Shown: piece by piece, positions 18,601 to 28,734 of the stretch
How positions within the stretch are numbered: the stretch's first letter is position 1
How the letters are laid out: each line of letters starts with the position of its first letter
Assembly (NCBI GenBank): GCA_041596615.1
Contig: JBFHIG010000001.1
Span: 5,262 to 69,261 of the forward strand
Length of the DNA: 64,000 nucleotides
Origin: Candidatus Moraniibacteriota bacterium
Lineage (GTDB): Bacteria; Patescibacteriota; Minisyncoccia; Moranbacterales; DUUL01
Direction of reading: 5' to 3'
Made by a program: the position numbers and the translations under genes
Notes under the pieces: model-generated
Database searches by the model: none
Told to the model about the DNA's origin: nothing
What the model saw: the letters and a program-made list of their open reading frames with translations, nothing else

Positions 18601-19710
18601 TTAATATTTTTGCATTTCCGTTAAATATTGTTTTCCTATCTTACCCCATGTGTTATTTTTTTCCACATACTCAGATGCTTTTTTTCCAAAATTCTTAATA
18701 AACAAATCATCTTTTTCTAAGAGGGAGTTTATTTTTTCTAACCACATAGAAACATTTTCTGGTTCAACCAAAAAGCCATTTTCACCATCTTTTATGGCAT
18801 CAGCTAGGCCCTCGAGATTTGAGGCGATAACTATGCGCTTACAAATAGCAGCTTCAATAACGTTGATACCGAAGCCCTCCATTGTTCCGGGGATTTTAAT
18901 GTTTGGAGAGACTACCAGGTCAGCAGTGTTAAAAAGGGTTTTGATATCATCCCATTTGCAAGAAGGGAAGAGCACCACTTTTTCTTCTAAGTGCTGCTTA
19001 GCGACAATCTCTTGGCAGGTAATAAAATCATCCTTATCACCAGCCGTGTTACTTCCAACCCTGTTGCCTGCTGCTACAAAAATGCAGTTTTCGGGTAATT
19101 TTGCCACTATATTATTCAAAAACCAGCTAGTTCCCTTATGTGGAACAAATCTCCCAATTCTTAAAATAACTTTTTTATTCTCCAGTTTTTGTCCCAGTAA
19201 TTTTTCTAAGTCACTTCTCGTTCCGTTGCTTACAACTTTTTCCTTAAAAACACCGTTTGGGATGAAGGTGCAAAGTAGGCGATTAATACCGACTTTTACA
19301 GCTTCTTCTATAGTGGCATTTCCTACCATAAAAAGCTGGTCTAGTTTTTTGAGTGAGTTTATGTTGATGATGCGATAAATCATCGGCAATACACCTTTTC
19401 TGTTTGCATAGGTTACATCAAGTCCATGGACAACGCAAAAGAATTTTTTGTTAGGGAATAATATTTTTAAAAAGGCCCCAACTGGAGCAAGAACGCCACT
19501 CCCCAATAGGCAGGCATCAATTTCACCCATTTTAAAAACAGCCCTAATTGTTGTTATAAAAACAAAAAAAGGAAGAAAAGCTTTTCCTTTTGTGTTTGCA
19601 ATAATCTCTACATTAGTTAGATCGGAAAGTGCTTTTGATAAATCAAAATTCTGATTTTCAACTCCTCCAATAATTGGGGGATAAGAATGTGAAATAAATA
19701 AAATCTTCAT
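18601..19710 (-). CDS. Glycosyltransferase, GT-B fold, family 4-like
   Basis: MKILFISHSYPPIIGGVENQ N-terminus and EGFGINVIEAAICKRIVIAS...GENGFLV C-terminal motif. Confidence 0.8.
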   Translation of the reverse strand: MKILFISHSYPPIIGGVENQNFDLSKALSDLTNVEIIANTKGKAFLPFFVFITTIRAVFKMGEIDACLLGSGVLAPVGAFLKILFPNKKFFCVVHGLDVTYANRKGVLPMIYRIININSLKKLDQLFMVGNATIEEAVKVGINRLLCTFIPNGVFKEKVVSNGTRSDLEKLLGQKLENKKVILRIGRFVPHKGTSWFLNNIVAKLPENCIFVAAGNRVGSNTAGDKDDFITCQEIVAKQHLEEKVVLFPSCKWDDIKTLFNTADLVVSPNIKIPGTMEGFGINVIEAAICKRIVIASNLEGLADAIKDGENGFLVEPENVSMWLEKINSLLEKDDLFIKNFGKKASEYVEKNNTWGKIGKQYLTEMQKY

Positions 19711-19782
19711 ATCGATTCAGTTCGGGCTTAGAGTTTGCTATTTTTGGATTCCTGCGGGGTTTTTATTCAGTGATAGAGGAGA

Positions 19783-20109
19783 CTAATTTTCTGAATAAAA
19801 AGAGCGATTTGTGACTATCCCAATTCCTAGGAGTAAAAAAATCATAGCTATCGGAAAAAGAAAGAAATCTTTTGTAAAACTGGAATTATTAGCACAGAAG
19901 CTAATACTGAGAAGTTCTACCATAATTGAGGCTCCAGTAATGATAACTAAAATTCCTAAGAAGAAGGAAAATTTTTCTTTCGATTGACTTTTCTTTGCTT
20001 GATAGAAAGTCTTAGTAAGTGTTTTTTTGGCAATCTTTTTTTTAGTACCTGTAACTTTTTTGACAGCTGCTTTTCTTTTTTTTGGAGCAACCTTGGTTGT
20101 TTTTGGCAT
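19783..20109 (-). CDS. Small membrane protein with a K-rich N-terminus
   Basis: 108 aa: a ~45-aa lysine-rich head followed by two hydrophobic spans. Confidence 0.4.
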   Translation of the reverse strand: MPKTTKVAPKKRKAAVKKVTGTKKKIAKKTLTKTFYQAKKSQSKEKFSFFLGILVIITGASIMVELLSISFCANNSSFTKDFFLFPIAMIFLLLGIGIVTNRSFYSEN

Positions 20110-20139
20110 TTTTATTTTTGTTTAAGTAATAAATTATTT

Positions 20140-21120
20140 TTATTTTGAGTAGCGATTTTTTTTGTTTTGATACATGGACTCTTCTGTCAATTGTCTATTC
20201 GACTTAATCATGTCAGCTATAAGAGCAAAGATTATAAGTTGAATCCCAAACATAATCGAGATAGAAGAAAATATAATATAATTTAGGAAAGGACTTATTT
20301 TGAATTCCTGTAGGTAGTGTGCTAGGAAGACAAAAAGGCCAATAATTCCAAGAAAAACCAAAAACATCCCTGGCCAACCAAAAAATTTCAATGGGCGAAC
20401 GTCTCTTATTGCTTTTAATATTATTTTACCTGAATTTGAAACAAATTGCCAGACTGATTTTACGATTCGAGACTCTCTGTCAGAAAAGTAGGCCACGCTT
20501 ACAGGCACCCATTTGATTTTAAGATTTTTACCAATTGCGTCAATGATTGTCTCTTGAGTGTAGGTAAAATGAACATTGGTTAGATTTAAACGCAAAAGAG
20601 TTTCTCTGTTGTGAGCTCTAAAGCCACAAGTAAGGTCATCAATCTCATGGTTTAAGAAAAAGCCAATCATTTTTGCAGCAATTCGATTGAGGAGGTTTTT
20701 GACGCGAGGCATGTTTTTTACTTTGTGTTTTCCAAAACGACTAGCAACGACCATATCAACCTTTCCTTCCAAAATTGGTTTCAAAAGATGGGGAATATCA
20801 TTTGGGTCAAACTGCCCATCCGCATCAATATTTACCATGATATCAGCCCCATTTTCCAAGGAACTTTCAACTGCTTGTTTGAATGAATAGGCAAGTCTAC
20901 GATTTGGTTTATATGAAATCAATATATCCGCAGTCTTTTTCGCAATTTCAGCTGTTTTGTCTGAGGAGCCATCATCAACAACTTGAATCAACCTTTCAGT
21001 TATTTTTGAACCGTCTCCTGTTTTATAGAAACCGTCTTTAAAACTATCTCTTATTCTTTCAATTGTTTGAGCAATTTTTTCTTCCTCGTTGTATGCCGGA
21101 ATGTTAACGATTAGCTTCAT
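20140..21120 (-). CDS. Glycosyltransferase family 2 (polyprenol-phosphate sugar transferase-like) with C-terminal TM helices
   Basis: NIPAYNEEEKI, VVDDGSSDKT and DADGQFDP GT-A motifs, plus two C-terminal TM spans as in DPM1/GtrB-like enzymes. The ATG at 21120 is preferred over the TTG at 21144. Confidence 0.8.
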   Translation of the reverse strand: MKLIVNIPAYNEEEKIAQTIERIRDSFKDGFYKTGDGSKITERLIQVVDDGSSDKTAEIAKKTADILISYKPNRRLAYSFKQAVESSLENGADIMVNIDADGQFDPNDIPHLLKPILEGKVDMVVASRFGKHKVKNMPRVKNLLNRIAAKMIGFFLNHEIDDLTCGFRAHNRETLLRLNLTNVHFTYTQETIIDAIGKNLKIKWVPVSVAYFSDRESRIVKSVWQFVSNSGKIILKAIRDVRPLKFFGWPGMFLVFLGIIGLFVFLAHYLQEFKISPFLNYIIFSSISIMFGIQLIIFALIADMIKSNRQLTEESMYQNKKNRYSK

Positions 21121-21312
21121 ATTTGAATTAAAATTTTTATGCAAATCACAACAATCCCTTGCGAGGATATTGCTTTAAATATGCTTTTTTTATTTAGTTG
21201 ATATAAGTATACTTTAATTTGAATTTTTTTTCAATGGAGTAATTTCAAACAATCAAAACAATATGCTTTTTTAATTTAGATCTTTTATGTTAAACTTACG
21301 GTAGTTAAAAAA

Positions 21313-21846
21313 ATGATAAAGACTAATATTATTATTTTAATAAAGAAAATAAAAACGATGAAAAACTTAAAAGAAATTCCTTTTTTGAATTTACCACAAG
21401 GCGTGGGATGGGGAACTAAATTTCAACAAATTTCTGATTTTTACAAGGGGCAGAAAAAACTTAAGAATATCAATGATATTAAACCAAATAGATTTATTGA
21501 AATCGAAGATGTTTGGAGCAACATTGAATTTAGAGCATGGCTGGAATTTAATGGTTTTTTTAAGAAGCTAAATAGAGTGGTTTTGGGAATACCCAGAAAA
21601 GATTCCTATAAAAATCAAACTGTGGATGATTTTATCAACAATTATAACTTGTTAGTGAGATGTTTTGGTGAGCCAACATTGATTGGTGGGCTCTCTCTCG
21701 AAGAATTGAAACAAATAGAGGACATTCAGGAGTTTGAAAGTTCGGAGCTTCCATTTTTTAAATGGGTTATTGGTGAAACTAAGGTAGTACTAAGATATTT
21801 TGACCACTGGGGGATAACATTTGAGATTTTTTTAGCTAAAAATTAA
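21313..21846 (+). CDS. Hypothetical protein
   Basis: 177-aa ORF with no motif recognised. Alternative start at 21358 (MKNLKEIPF). Confidence 0.4.
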   Translation: MIKTNIIILIKKIKTMKNLKEIPFLNLPQGVGWGTKFQQISDFYKGQKKLKNINDIKPNRFIEIEDVWSNIEFRAWLEFNGFFKKLNRVVLGIPRKDSYKNQTVDDFINNYNLLVRCFGEPTLIGGLSLEELKQIEDIQEFESSELPFFKWVIGETKVVLRYFDHWGITFEIFLAKN

Positions 21847-21859
21847 CATCTAGTTTTTA

Positions 21860-22279
21860 TTGAATGTGAATAGAGTTCATGCAGCCGTTAAGGCAATAAT
21901 AGAGAGGGGTAACAAATTTTTAATCATTAAAAAGGTTTTTGGTAATGACGTTGTTTGGGATTTTCCAGGTGGAAAGGTAAAATATAGTGAGTCGCCATAT
22001 GAAACTTTGCAAAGAGAAATAAAAGAGGAAGTGAATTTAGATGTCGATATTGTTAAAAGTCTTGGCGCTTGGTGTTTTTTTAGAAGACACAGTGACAATG
22101 ATCAAGTCGTTTGCCTTGCTTTTCTTTGTCGTACTAAAAATAAAAATGTAGATATCTATAAAAATCCTGCTGATGAAGATATCAAAGAGTTCAAATGGGT
22201 GACCAAAGAGGAATTTCTAAGCGACAAACATCCGGTAGATAATGAGAGTGTTAAGAAATTAGTCGCTGAAAATTTATAA
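21860..22279 (+). CDS. NUDIX hydrolase
   Basis: Nudix box GGKVKYSESPYETLQREIKEEVNL. TTG start according to the track. Confidence 0.8.
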   Translation: MNVNRVHAAVKAIIERGNKFLIIKKVFGNDVVWDFPGGKVKYSESPYETLQREIKEEVNLDVDIVKSLGAWCFFRRHSDNDQVVCLAFLCRTKNKNVDIYKNPADEDIKEFKWVTKEEFLSDKHPVDNESVKKLVAENL

Positions 22280-22300
22280 AATTAATAAAAATAATACAAA

Positions 22301-22344
22301 AACCGAGTTAGCACAAAATGCATATAACTCGGTTTTCGTTTTTT
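22301..22344 (+). terminator. Rho-independent terminator
   Basis: AACCGAGTTA / TAACTCGGTT perfect 10-bp stem, followed by TTCGTTTTTT. Confidence 0.7.
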
Positions 22345-22368
22345 AATAATAAAAAATATTGATATATC

Positions 22369-22400
22369 AAAAAGACTCACCCCTGTGTGAGTCTTTTTTT
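22369..22400. terminator. Bidirectional terminator hairpin
   Basis: AGACTCAC / GTGAGTCT 8-bp stem, 6-nt loop, A-run before and T7 after. Serves the minus-strand gene that ends at 22427. Confidence 0.65.
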
Positions 22401-22426
22401 ATAAACAAGGCCATATAAACCAAGGT

Positions 22427-23713
22427 CTATCTCCTTCCGATTCCGTGATATTCAATTCCTAATTCCTTGATTTTTTCTCCATCCAGTACATTCATTCCGT
22501 CCATAATTGCCACAATGCCATTTTCTTTGTATTGCTCCGGAGTCACTTTCATGAATTCATCGTGACCTGTGACCAAAATAACAGCAGTGACTTCTTTTAG
22601 AAATTCTTCTATTGTTTTAACATCTGACATTTCCAGAATATATGGGTCAAAGCGAACGATATCTGCCTCTTTTTTCTCAAGTTCTTTGATAATCTTAATA
22701 GCAGGTGATTCTCGCAGGTCGTCGATGTTGGCTTTATAAGAAAGTCCCATTACACCAACTTTTGTGCCTTTTACTGGAAGCTTTGCTTTATTTAAAAGAT
22801 CTTGCATCAGTTCTACAGTATAGCTTGGCATGCTGTTGTTGATTTCTCGGGCAACTCGGAGGAAATGATGATCAAATCCTTTTTTCTTTGCTTGTTCAAT
22901 TAAATAATATGGGTCAACAGGAATACAATGTCCGCCGACTCCACGTCCAGGGAAGTGTGGCATAAAAGCAAAAGGTTTTGTGGCTGCTCCTAAAATTACA
23001 TCTTTTACATCAATTCCCATCTGATCAAAACTTTTTGCAAGTTCATTCACAAAAGCAATGTTAATGTCTCGGAAAGAATTTTCAACAACTTTGGTGGCCT
23101 CAGCTTCACGAATTGATTTCATTGCACGAATTTCACCGTCAATAACTGAATCATAAAAAGCTTTTGCCATCTCTACTCCTTTTTGAGACATTGATCCAAC
23201 GACCCTAGGAATATTGGTTACATTCCATTTTTTGTTGCCAGGATCAATTCTTTCTGGGCAATGTGCTAAATAATAGTCTTTTCCTTCCTTTAAACCAACC
23301 TCTTGGAACATTGGCTCGACAACTTCTTCACAAACACCAGGATTGATAGTCGATTCGACTATGACCAATTGCCCAGGCTTTCTGTTTTCGATACACATTT
23401 TAATCGCTCCTTTGACAGGATTGAGGTCTGGATAAAACTGTTCATCAACGGGTGTAGGTACGCAAATAAGAATTATATCAACTTCTTTTAGTGCGGAAGC
23501 GTCATTGGTTGCAGATAATTTGCTTAATAAATCTAGTCGATCTTCAATAAACTCTTCCTTAAAAGGACTTTTTCCATTTGCGATTGCATCAAGCTTCCTT
23601 TGGTCTAGATCAACCCCAGTTACGTTATATCCTTTTTCAATACAGCGAATTGCAAGTGGAAGTCCAACGTATCCCAATCCAATAACAGCAACCTTGTTTT
23701 TCGTAGTTTCCAT
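22427..23713 (-). CDS. Nucleotide-sugar 6-dehydrogenase (UDP-glucose / UDP-ManNAc dehydrogenase family)
   Basis: VAVIGLGYVGLPLA Rossmann motif and the catalytic region GRGVGGHCIPVDP. Confidence 0.85.
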   Translation of the reverse strand: METTKNKVAVIGLGYVGLPLAIRCIEKGYNVTGVDLDQRKLDAIANGKSPFKEEFIEDRLDLLSKLSATNDASALKEVDIILICVPTPVDEQFYPDLNPVKGAIKMCIENRKPGQLVIVESTINPGVCEEVVEPMFQEVGLKEGKDYYLAHCPERIDPGNKKWNVTNIPRVVGSMSQKGVEMAKAFYDSVIDGEIRAMKSIREAEATKVVENSFRDINIAFVNELAKSFDQMGIDVKDVILGAATKPFAFMPHFPGRGVGGHCIPVDPYYLIEQAKKKGFDHHFLRVAREINNSMPSYTVELMQDLLNKAKLPVKGTKVGVMGLSYKANIDDLRESPAIKIIKELEKKEADIVRFDPYILEMSDVKTIEEFLKEVTAVILVTGHDEFMKVTPEQYKENGIVAIMDGMNVLDGEKIKELGIEYHGIGRR

Positions 23714-23874
23714 AGCCTTTATCTTTATTTTATAGATTTAGTAATTCTGTTACACAACCGAAATGTGAACAGTAGGTACTTTTTTATGTTAGTACAATTT
23801 TGTATAAATGCAAGAAGGTGAAACTCAGAATGTCTTATTTGAAGCACTTTTTGTAATTTTTGATTCACAAACCT

Positions 23875-23903
23875 TTGACAAAGTTGTTTTCTCTGCCTAT
23901 GAT
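23875..23903 (+). promoter_or_regulatory. Candidate promoter for pyk
   Basis: TTGACA (23875..23880), 17-bp spacer, TATGAT (23898..23903), 46 nt before the pyk ATG. Confidence 0.5.
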
Positions 23904-23949
23904 TAAAAGATGTTTGTTGTTAGTCATTAGAACTGAGTAAAAAAATATT

Positions 23950-25374
23950 ATGCTTAAAGAGATTATAAAAAAGACAAGAATTGTAGCAACTATTGGACCA
24001 GCGTCTGAAAGTGTATTAATGCTTGAAGAGCTTATAAATTCGGGATTGAATGTTGCTAGAATGAATTTTTCACACGGTGATCATAAGGAGCATACAGCCA
24101 GGCTTGAAAATATTCGAATGGCAATGAAAAATACCGGAAAAGACATTGCTATTCTACAGGACTTAGGTGGTGTGAAGATTCGAATTGGGGATTTCGCTAA
24201 CAAGCAAATTGTGCTCAAAAAGGGAGTAAAATTTAACATCAGCACGAAATTATGCGAAGGAAGTGAAAGCTGTGTTTTTATTAACTATGAAAAGCTTCCA
24301 AAAGAGGTTGAGATTGGGCAAGAAATTTTAATTGATGACGGAACAAAGAAATTGATTGTTACGAATACAACAGAAACTGAAATTGAAACGGAAGTTATTG
24401 TTGGTGGAATGATTCGTTCAAGAAGGGGAGTGAACGTGCCAGGAGCAAGGCTGAGCTGTAGCGCGCTCACATCAAAGGATAAAAACGATGCAATTGAATT
24501 TGGAATCAAAAACGATGTTGATTTTATTGCACTTTCTTTTGTGCGAAGTGCTAAGGATATTGAAGATTTGAGAGAAATTTTGGTCGAAAAGAAGTCGACT
24601 GCAAAAATTGTGGCAAAAATTGAAACCCCAGAGGCGATTGAGAACCTGGACAAAATTATCGCCGCAACCGATGTTGTTATGGTGGCTCGTGGAGATTTGG
24701 CAGTGGAAATGCCAGCCGAAGATGTTCCACATTTACAAAAAATGATAATTAAAAAATGTAACATCGTGGGAAAGCCAGTGATTGTAGCGACTCAAATGTT
24801 GGAATCAATGATCAAAGTGCCGACGCCGACAAGAGCTGAGGTGACAGATGTTACTAATGCGATTCTGGATGGTGCAGATGCCGTGATGCTTTCTGCAGAG
24901 ACGGCAGTGGGGGATAATCCCATTGAAGTGATTCAAACAATGGCGAATATAGCAAGGCGCACTGAGAAAGATATGCTCGGACGTGAAATAGACGATGATG
25001 AAGAACATGCAAGACGTACAGTGAACGCTATTTCTCATAGTGCAATCCAGATTGCCAGAGAGATTGATGCTGTGGCGATTGTGACTTTGACAGAGTCGGG
25101 TTATTCAGCAAGAAAGATTGCCAGATATCAACCAACACAACCAATCATTACATTAACTCCGCATGAAAAAACTCATTTGCAATTACAACTTTCGTTTGGA
25201 TGCAATTCATATATTTTCAAAAATTCCAAAACTGTAGAAGAAACAGTTTCTAGAGCAACCGAATTTATCAGAAAAGAAAAACTTGCGAAAAAAGGTGAGA
25301 GGATTGTGATTGTTGCTGGAGTGCCATTTGGGAAATCCGGCTCAACGAATATGATTATTGTAGAGAGAGTATAA
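23950..25374 (+). CDS. pyk: Pyruvate kinase
   Basis: KTRIVATIGPAS...LNVARMNFSHGDH, MVARGDLAVEMP and VIVATQMLESM motifs. Confidence 0.95.
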   Translation: MLKEIIKKTRIVATIGPASESVLMLEELINSGLNVARMNFSHGDHKEHTARLENIRMAMKNTGKDIAILQDLGGVKIRIGDFANKQIVLKKGVKFNISTKLCEGSESCVFINYEKLPKEVEIGQEILIDDGTKKLIVTNTTETEIETEVIVGGMIRSRRGVNVPGARLSCSALTSKDKNDAIEFGIKNDVDFIALSFVRSAKDIEDLREILVEKKSTAKIVAKIETPEAIENLDKIIAATDVVMVARGDLAVEMPAEDVPHLQKMIIKKCNIVGKPVIVATQMLESMIKVPTPTRAEVTDVTNAILDGADAVMLSAETAVGDNPIEVIQTMANIARRTEKDMLGREIDDDEEHARRTVNAISHSAIQIAREIDAVAIVTLTESGYSARKIARYQPTQPIITLTPHEKTHLQLQLSFGCNSYIFKNSKTVEETVSRATEFIRKEKLAKKGERIVIVAGVPFGKSGSTNMIIVERV

Positions 25375-25430
25375 GTTGCGCGGAAATTTCGAACTTCGAA
25401 TTTCGAACTTTGAATTTTTAATGAAAGAGC

Positions 25431-25466
25431 GAAAACAAACTACAAATTCAGGCGTGGTTTGTTTTC
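25431..25466 (+). terminator. Hairpin downstream of pyk (possible terminator)
   Basis: GAAAACAAAC / GTTTGTTTTC perfect 10-bp stem with a 16-nt loop. The 3' flank is only moderately T-rich. Confidence 0.4.
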
Positions 25467-25594
25467 TGTTTGAGGAATTGTTATCCATCCGTGTGAATGT
25501 TAACTAATTCACCGACAGTTTTGTGAAAATTGAAAGGGTGTCATTCCCACCTCAGCATTTGCGGGGCAAACCCGCTCCAGTTTGAAAAAATAAA

Positions 25595-25632
25595 ATAGAT
25601 GCATCTGTAGGTGTATCTATAGATGCATCTAT
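25595..25632. promoter_or_regulatory. Pair of palindromic sites ATAGATGCATCT / TATAGATGCATCTAT (candidate operator)
   Basis: The 10-bp palindrome AGATGCATCT occurs at 25597..25606 and 25621..25630, centres 24 bp apart. The same pair with the same spacing recurs at 50285..50318. Confidence 0.4.
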
Positions 25633-25779
25633 TTTGGTTTGTGAAAAGTCCAATAAGAAGTCGTGAATTTGTTTGACATAGAATCTTTTTTGTGTCAAAA
25701 TATAAAGTTGCTAGAGGTTTGAAATAACTTTAAGAGCAGTATTTTAAAAACTTTTTTCAAAAAAGAAAGGGAGATGGAG

Positions 25780-26622
25780 ATGAAAAACTCATTGTTTAGT
25801 ATTTTTGTAAATCAAGGCAAAGGGGCAATTTTAATGATAGTTTTCGTAAGCGCAATTAATTTTTGTTTGTCTGCGCAGCTGCAAGGTGACGAGAGATTTC
25901 TTTTTGTTGTAGTCTTGGTGATTTTTGTAATTGTTTTTATCTCGATTCTCATTAATTTTATTCTTCTGGTCCTTGCTCTTAGGGGAAACAAGTATATTGA
26001 CGGAGTTGGATTGGAAAATGCACAATCGGATCTACTCCTTATCCCTATCGTCGGAATCTGGCTTGCCAAGAATTCCAAAACAATCAAGAAATCAAAAGAA
26101 ATCCTTATTAAAAAGAGAGCGGAATATCTTTTTGATAAGGCAATCGAAAGTGCGGAAGAGGGAAAAATTTCTGATGCCACAAGGAGCATTGCTCTTGCCA
26201 AAAGATATTTCGACCATAATGATTCATCGGAGGGTTTGTCTTGGAAGACAAGATTTGGCAAAGTAGTTGAATCTATTCATCAGAGGCAGGTTGCAACTGA
26301 GATAGTTTTTTCCAAAAGATTTCTTTGTGAAGCTGCTCTGATTGTTTTTAAGAAAGATAATGAGCTGTGGCAAAGTCTTTTAAAAAAAATCGTTGTCAAT
26401 GCGCCGAAGATTGAATTGGCGAAAATTCCAGAGATTTCAACGGTAGCGCTGAAAGAAAGTTCGGAAGAACTGTTGTACCTTCAGCATAGAAAAAATTCCA
26501 CGAAGCTTATCAGGGAGTATGCTGAAGCAGGAAATTATGCCGCAGCATTAAATCATCTGCGTGAGCAGTATAGTCTTGCTCTCGACTGGCGTGAAGAAGA
26601 GAATGATTTTCTTTTTACATAA
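25780..26622 (+). CDS. Hypothetical membrane protein (two N-terminal TM spans, helical C-terminal region)
   Basis: ORF 25774..26622. The ATG at 25780 has better spacing to the AAGGGAG Shine-Dalgarno. No assignable motif. Confidence 0.5.
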   Translation: MKNSLFSIFVNQGKGAILMIVFVSAINFCLSAQLQGDERFLFVVVLVIFVIVFISILINFILLVLALRGNKYIDGVGLENAQSDLLLIPIVGIWLAKNSKTIKKSKEILIKKRAEYLFDKAIESAEEGKISDATRSIALAKRYFDHNDSSEGLSWKTRFGKVVESIHQRQVATEIVFSKRFLCEAALIVFKKDNELWQSLLKKIVVNAPKIELAKIPEISTVALKESSEELLYLQHRKNSTKLIREYAEAGNYAAALNHLREQYSLALDWREEENDFLFT

Positions 26623-26834
26623 ATTGATCGCTCTTAACACCAACAATGAACGAAAAATTGAAACGACCCCCGAGGAATCCTCCTTGGTGGTCGTTTTTAA
26701 TTACTCGTCAGAACAGATCATGATAAAAATAAATAACGTTAAAGTGCTAAAAAATAATTTTGAATATAAAAAGAATGTGTTATAATAGTACCAACGTTCA
26801 AAATAAAAGTTAACAATTGAAAATAAAAATAAAA

Positions 26835-28727
26835 ATGAGAAGCAAAAGAATCTTCACGGGAACATTTCTTGGCCTTTTTTTATGTATACTAGTATTGGTC
26901 TCAATTGCCAAGGCAGATGGCATGGTTGTTTCTCCTTCAAGCGCAGAAGCTTATGAGACAGATCAGAAAGCTGTTATTTTTTATGAAGATGGGATTGAAG
27001 ATCTGTTTCTTTCGATTACTTTCAATGGGACAGCGGATAGTTTTGGTTGGATAGTGCCAACTCCAGCTGAGCCAGAAGTTACAAAATCAACAGATATGCT
27101 TTTCGAAAGACTGGATGAAATGACCCGTCCTGAATATCCAGTTCCAACCTCTTATGATAAATTTCAATTCATGGGAACATTAGAAGATAATGCATCCGGA
27201 GTTCAGGTTTTACAGACCAAAAAAATAGAATATTATGACATTTCAGTTTTGAAAGCTGAGAATAAAGACGGTTTGTATAATTGGCTAAATGATAATGGGT
27301 ATAGTTTCCCTCAGGCAGGAAAGTATATCATTGATGAATATATTCACAATAACTGGACTTTTACTGCCATTAAAATAGATAAAGAACAAATTGGGAGTTC
27401 AAGAGTTCAAAATCAATTCAGTAGCGGTCATGCCACGCCGCTTAGATTGACTTTTGCGACAGACAAAGCTGTTTTTCCTTTGAAAATTTCATCAATAGGT
27501 GGCATGGAAGATGATGCTCCAGCAGGAGAAATTTCTTTTATTACAGGAGCAGAAGGAAAAGGTGCTTTGCTTGATTCAAATAAGGTCATCGCTTCGGACG
27601 AGGTTATCGATGGCTTTAATCCAAATGATGGGAGTATCAGTTTCCAGTTGAAAAAAAGAATAAATGCTAGTTTGGGAGAAATTGTCAGACTCGAACAGGC
27701 TAAGGCTTACTTGGGACAACACCAAGGTTTTAATATTAGAAATATTCGAAACAATATTTACACTTTTGAGATTTGGAGGAACGAGGGACAACATCAAACC
27801 GCTCAAGTAGACTTGGGCAGTGATTTTAAGCAAAATGAATGGCAAAAGTTTGAGTTTAGTTGGAGAGAAAATGAAAATGATTTTAAAATAGTAGATATTA
27901 AATTTTTTATAGATGGAGTTGAGAGGACTCTAGATACTAGTGCGTATGGCTTTAACTCTCTTAGGGAAAATGAGATAAATCAAAAATCAAAACTAATCAT
28001 CGGCGGACAAGAGCAATATCGTGATTTAAATGGTGAAATTTCAACTTACAGGATTCAAAGAGATGAGTCATTGGAGGAAGTTGAGTATGTTCCACCGGCG
28101 CCAAGCCTTGACTATATAGCTGTCAGAAGCGCAGACATTCTTATTGACGAGCTGAAGTTAAATGCAAGTAAGGAAGGAATTTTTGAAGCTAAATTTGAAG
28201 ATTCTCTGGATGTAAATTTAGCTAATGAGAAAATTGATATTCTAAGGGTTTTTGAAAATCGAACCAGTTCCCATAATAAAACCAACTTAAGACCAGATTC
28301 AGTTGGAGTTTTGATTTACATCTTTTCTGATAAGAAGTATGAAATTTCAGGATTTGATCTTCAATATGCTGGACAAATCAGCAAGGGAGAAATTGAAAAC
28401 ATCGCCAAAGTTGATGGAAAAACATCCTGGATTGATCCAAAAAAAGATAATTACTTTTTAACGCGAATGTATAAACAGGTCGAGGTGGCTCAGATGAATG
28501 AAGATATTTATCCGCAGGAGAGTGCTGACCAGTCTCAGTTCAACAGCGTCTCTGGGGATGGCAAGAGAATGACTCTACTAACATTGTTGTTGATTGCGAG
28601 TTTCGGTTCTATTGGTATCATGTTATTTGCAATCGCAAGAAATGAAAAAAATGAAAGAAAAGTAAATAAGGAAGTTAAAGACGATAAGGCGGCCGATAAA
28701 AATAAAGATTTGTTAAAAATTAAGTAA
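26835..28727 (+). CDS. Secreted, C-terminally anchored protein with a DUF2330-like N-terminal region and a possible lectin/LamG-like insert
   Basis: Signal peptide, then GMVVSP...ETDQKAVIFYEDGIEDLFLSITFNG....FGWIVPTPAEPEV, which resembles the DUF2330 signature as I recall it. C-terminal TM LTLLLIASFGSIGIMLFAI. The ATG at 26835 is preferred over the TTG at 26817. Confidence 0.45.
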   Translation: MRSKRIFTGTFLGLFLCILVLVSIAKADGMVVSPSSAEAYETDQKAVIFYEDGIEDLFLSITFNGTADSFGWIVPTPAEPEVTKSTDMLFERLDEMTRPEYPVPTSYDKFQFMGTLEDNASGVQVLQTKKIEYYDISVLKAENKDGLYNWLNDNGYSFPQAGKYIIDEYIHNNWTFTAIKIDKEQIGSSRVQNQFSSGHATPLRLTFATDKAVFPLKISSIGGMEDDAPAGEISFITGAEGKGALLDSNKVIASDEVIDGFNPNDGSISFQLKKRINASLGEIVRLEQAKAYLGQHQGFNIRNIRNNIYTFEIWRNEGQHQTAQVDLGSDFKQNEWQKFEFSWRENENDFKIVDIKFFIDGVERTLDTSAYGFNSLRENEINQKSKLIIGGQEQYRDLNGEISTYRIQRDESLEEVEYVPPAPSLDYIAVRSADILIDELKLNASKEGIFEAKFEDSLDVNLANEKIDILRVFENRTSSHNKTNLRPDSVGVLIYIFSDKKYEISGFDLQYAGQISKGEIENIAKVDGKTSWIDPKKDNYFLTRMYKQVEVAQMNEDIYPQESADQSQFNSVSGDGKRMTLLTLLLIASFGSIGIMLFAIARNEKNERKVNKEVKDDKAADKNKDLLKIK

Positions 28728-28734
28728 AAAATAT

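Noticed and set aside
18650-19378. Long antisense ORFs inside real genes (also 1324..1797, 8741..9220, 16165..16629, 24285..24764, 40751..41227, 42198..42716, 42667..43047)
   Set aside because: Each is opposite a gene with clear family motifs. They are Ser/Phe/Leu-rich, as expected for the reverse complement of K/E-rich AT-rich coding sequence.
25384-25419. Short tandem array AAATTTCGAACTTCGAATTTCGAACTTTGAATTTTT (TTCGAA palindromes, 7-8 bp period) just after pyk
   Set aside because: Only about four degenerate units, with no second locus seen. It is probably low-complexity slippage. It was kept out of the findings but could be re-examined together with the nearby hairpin at 25431..25466.
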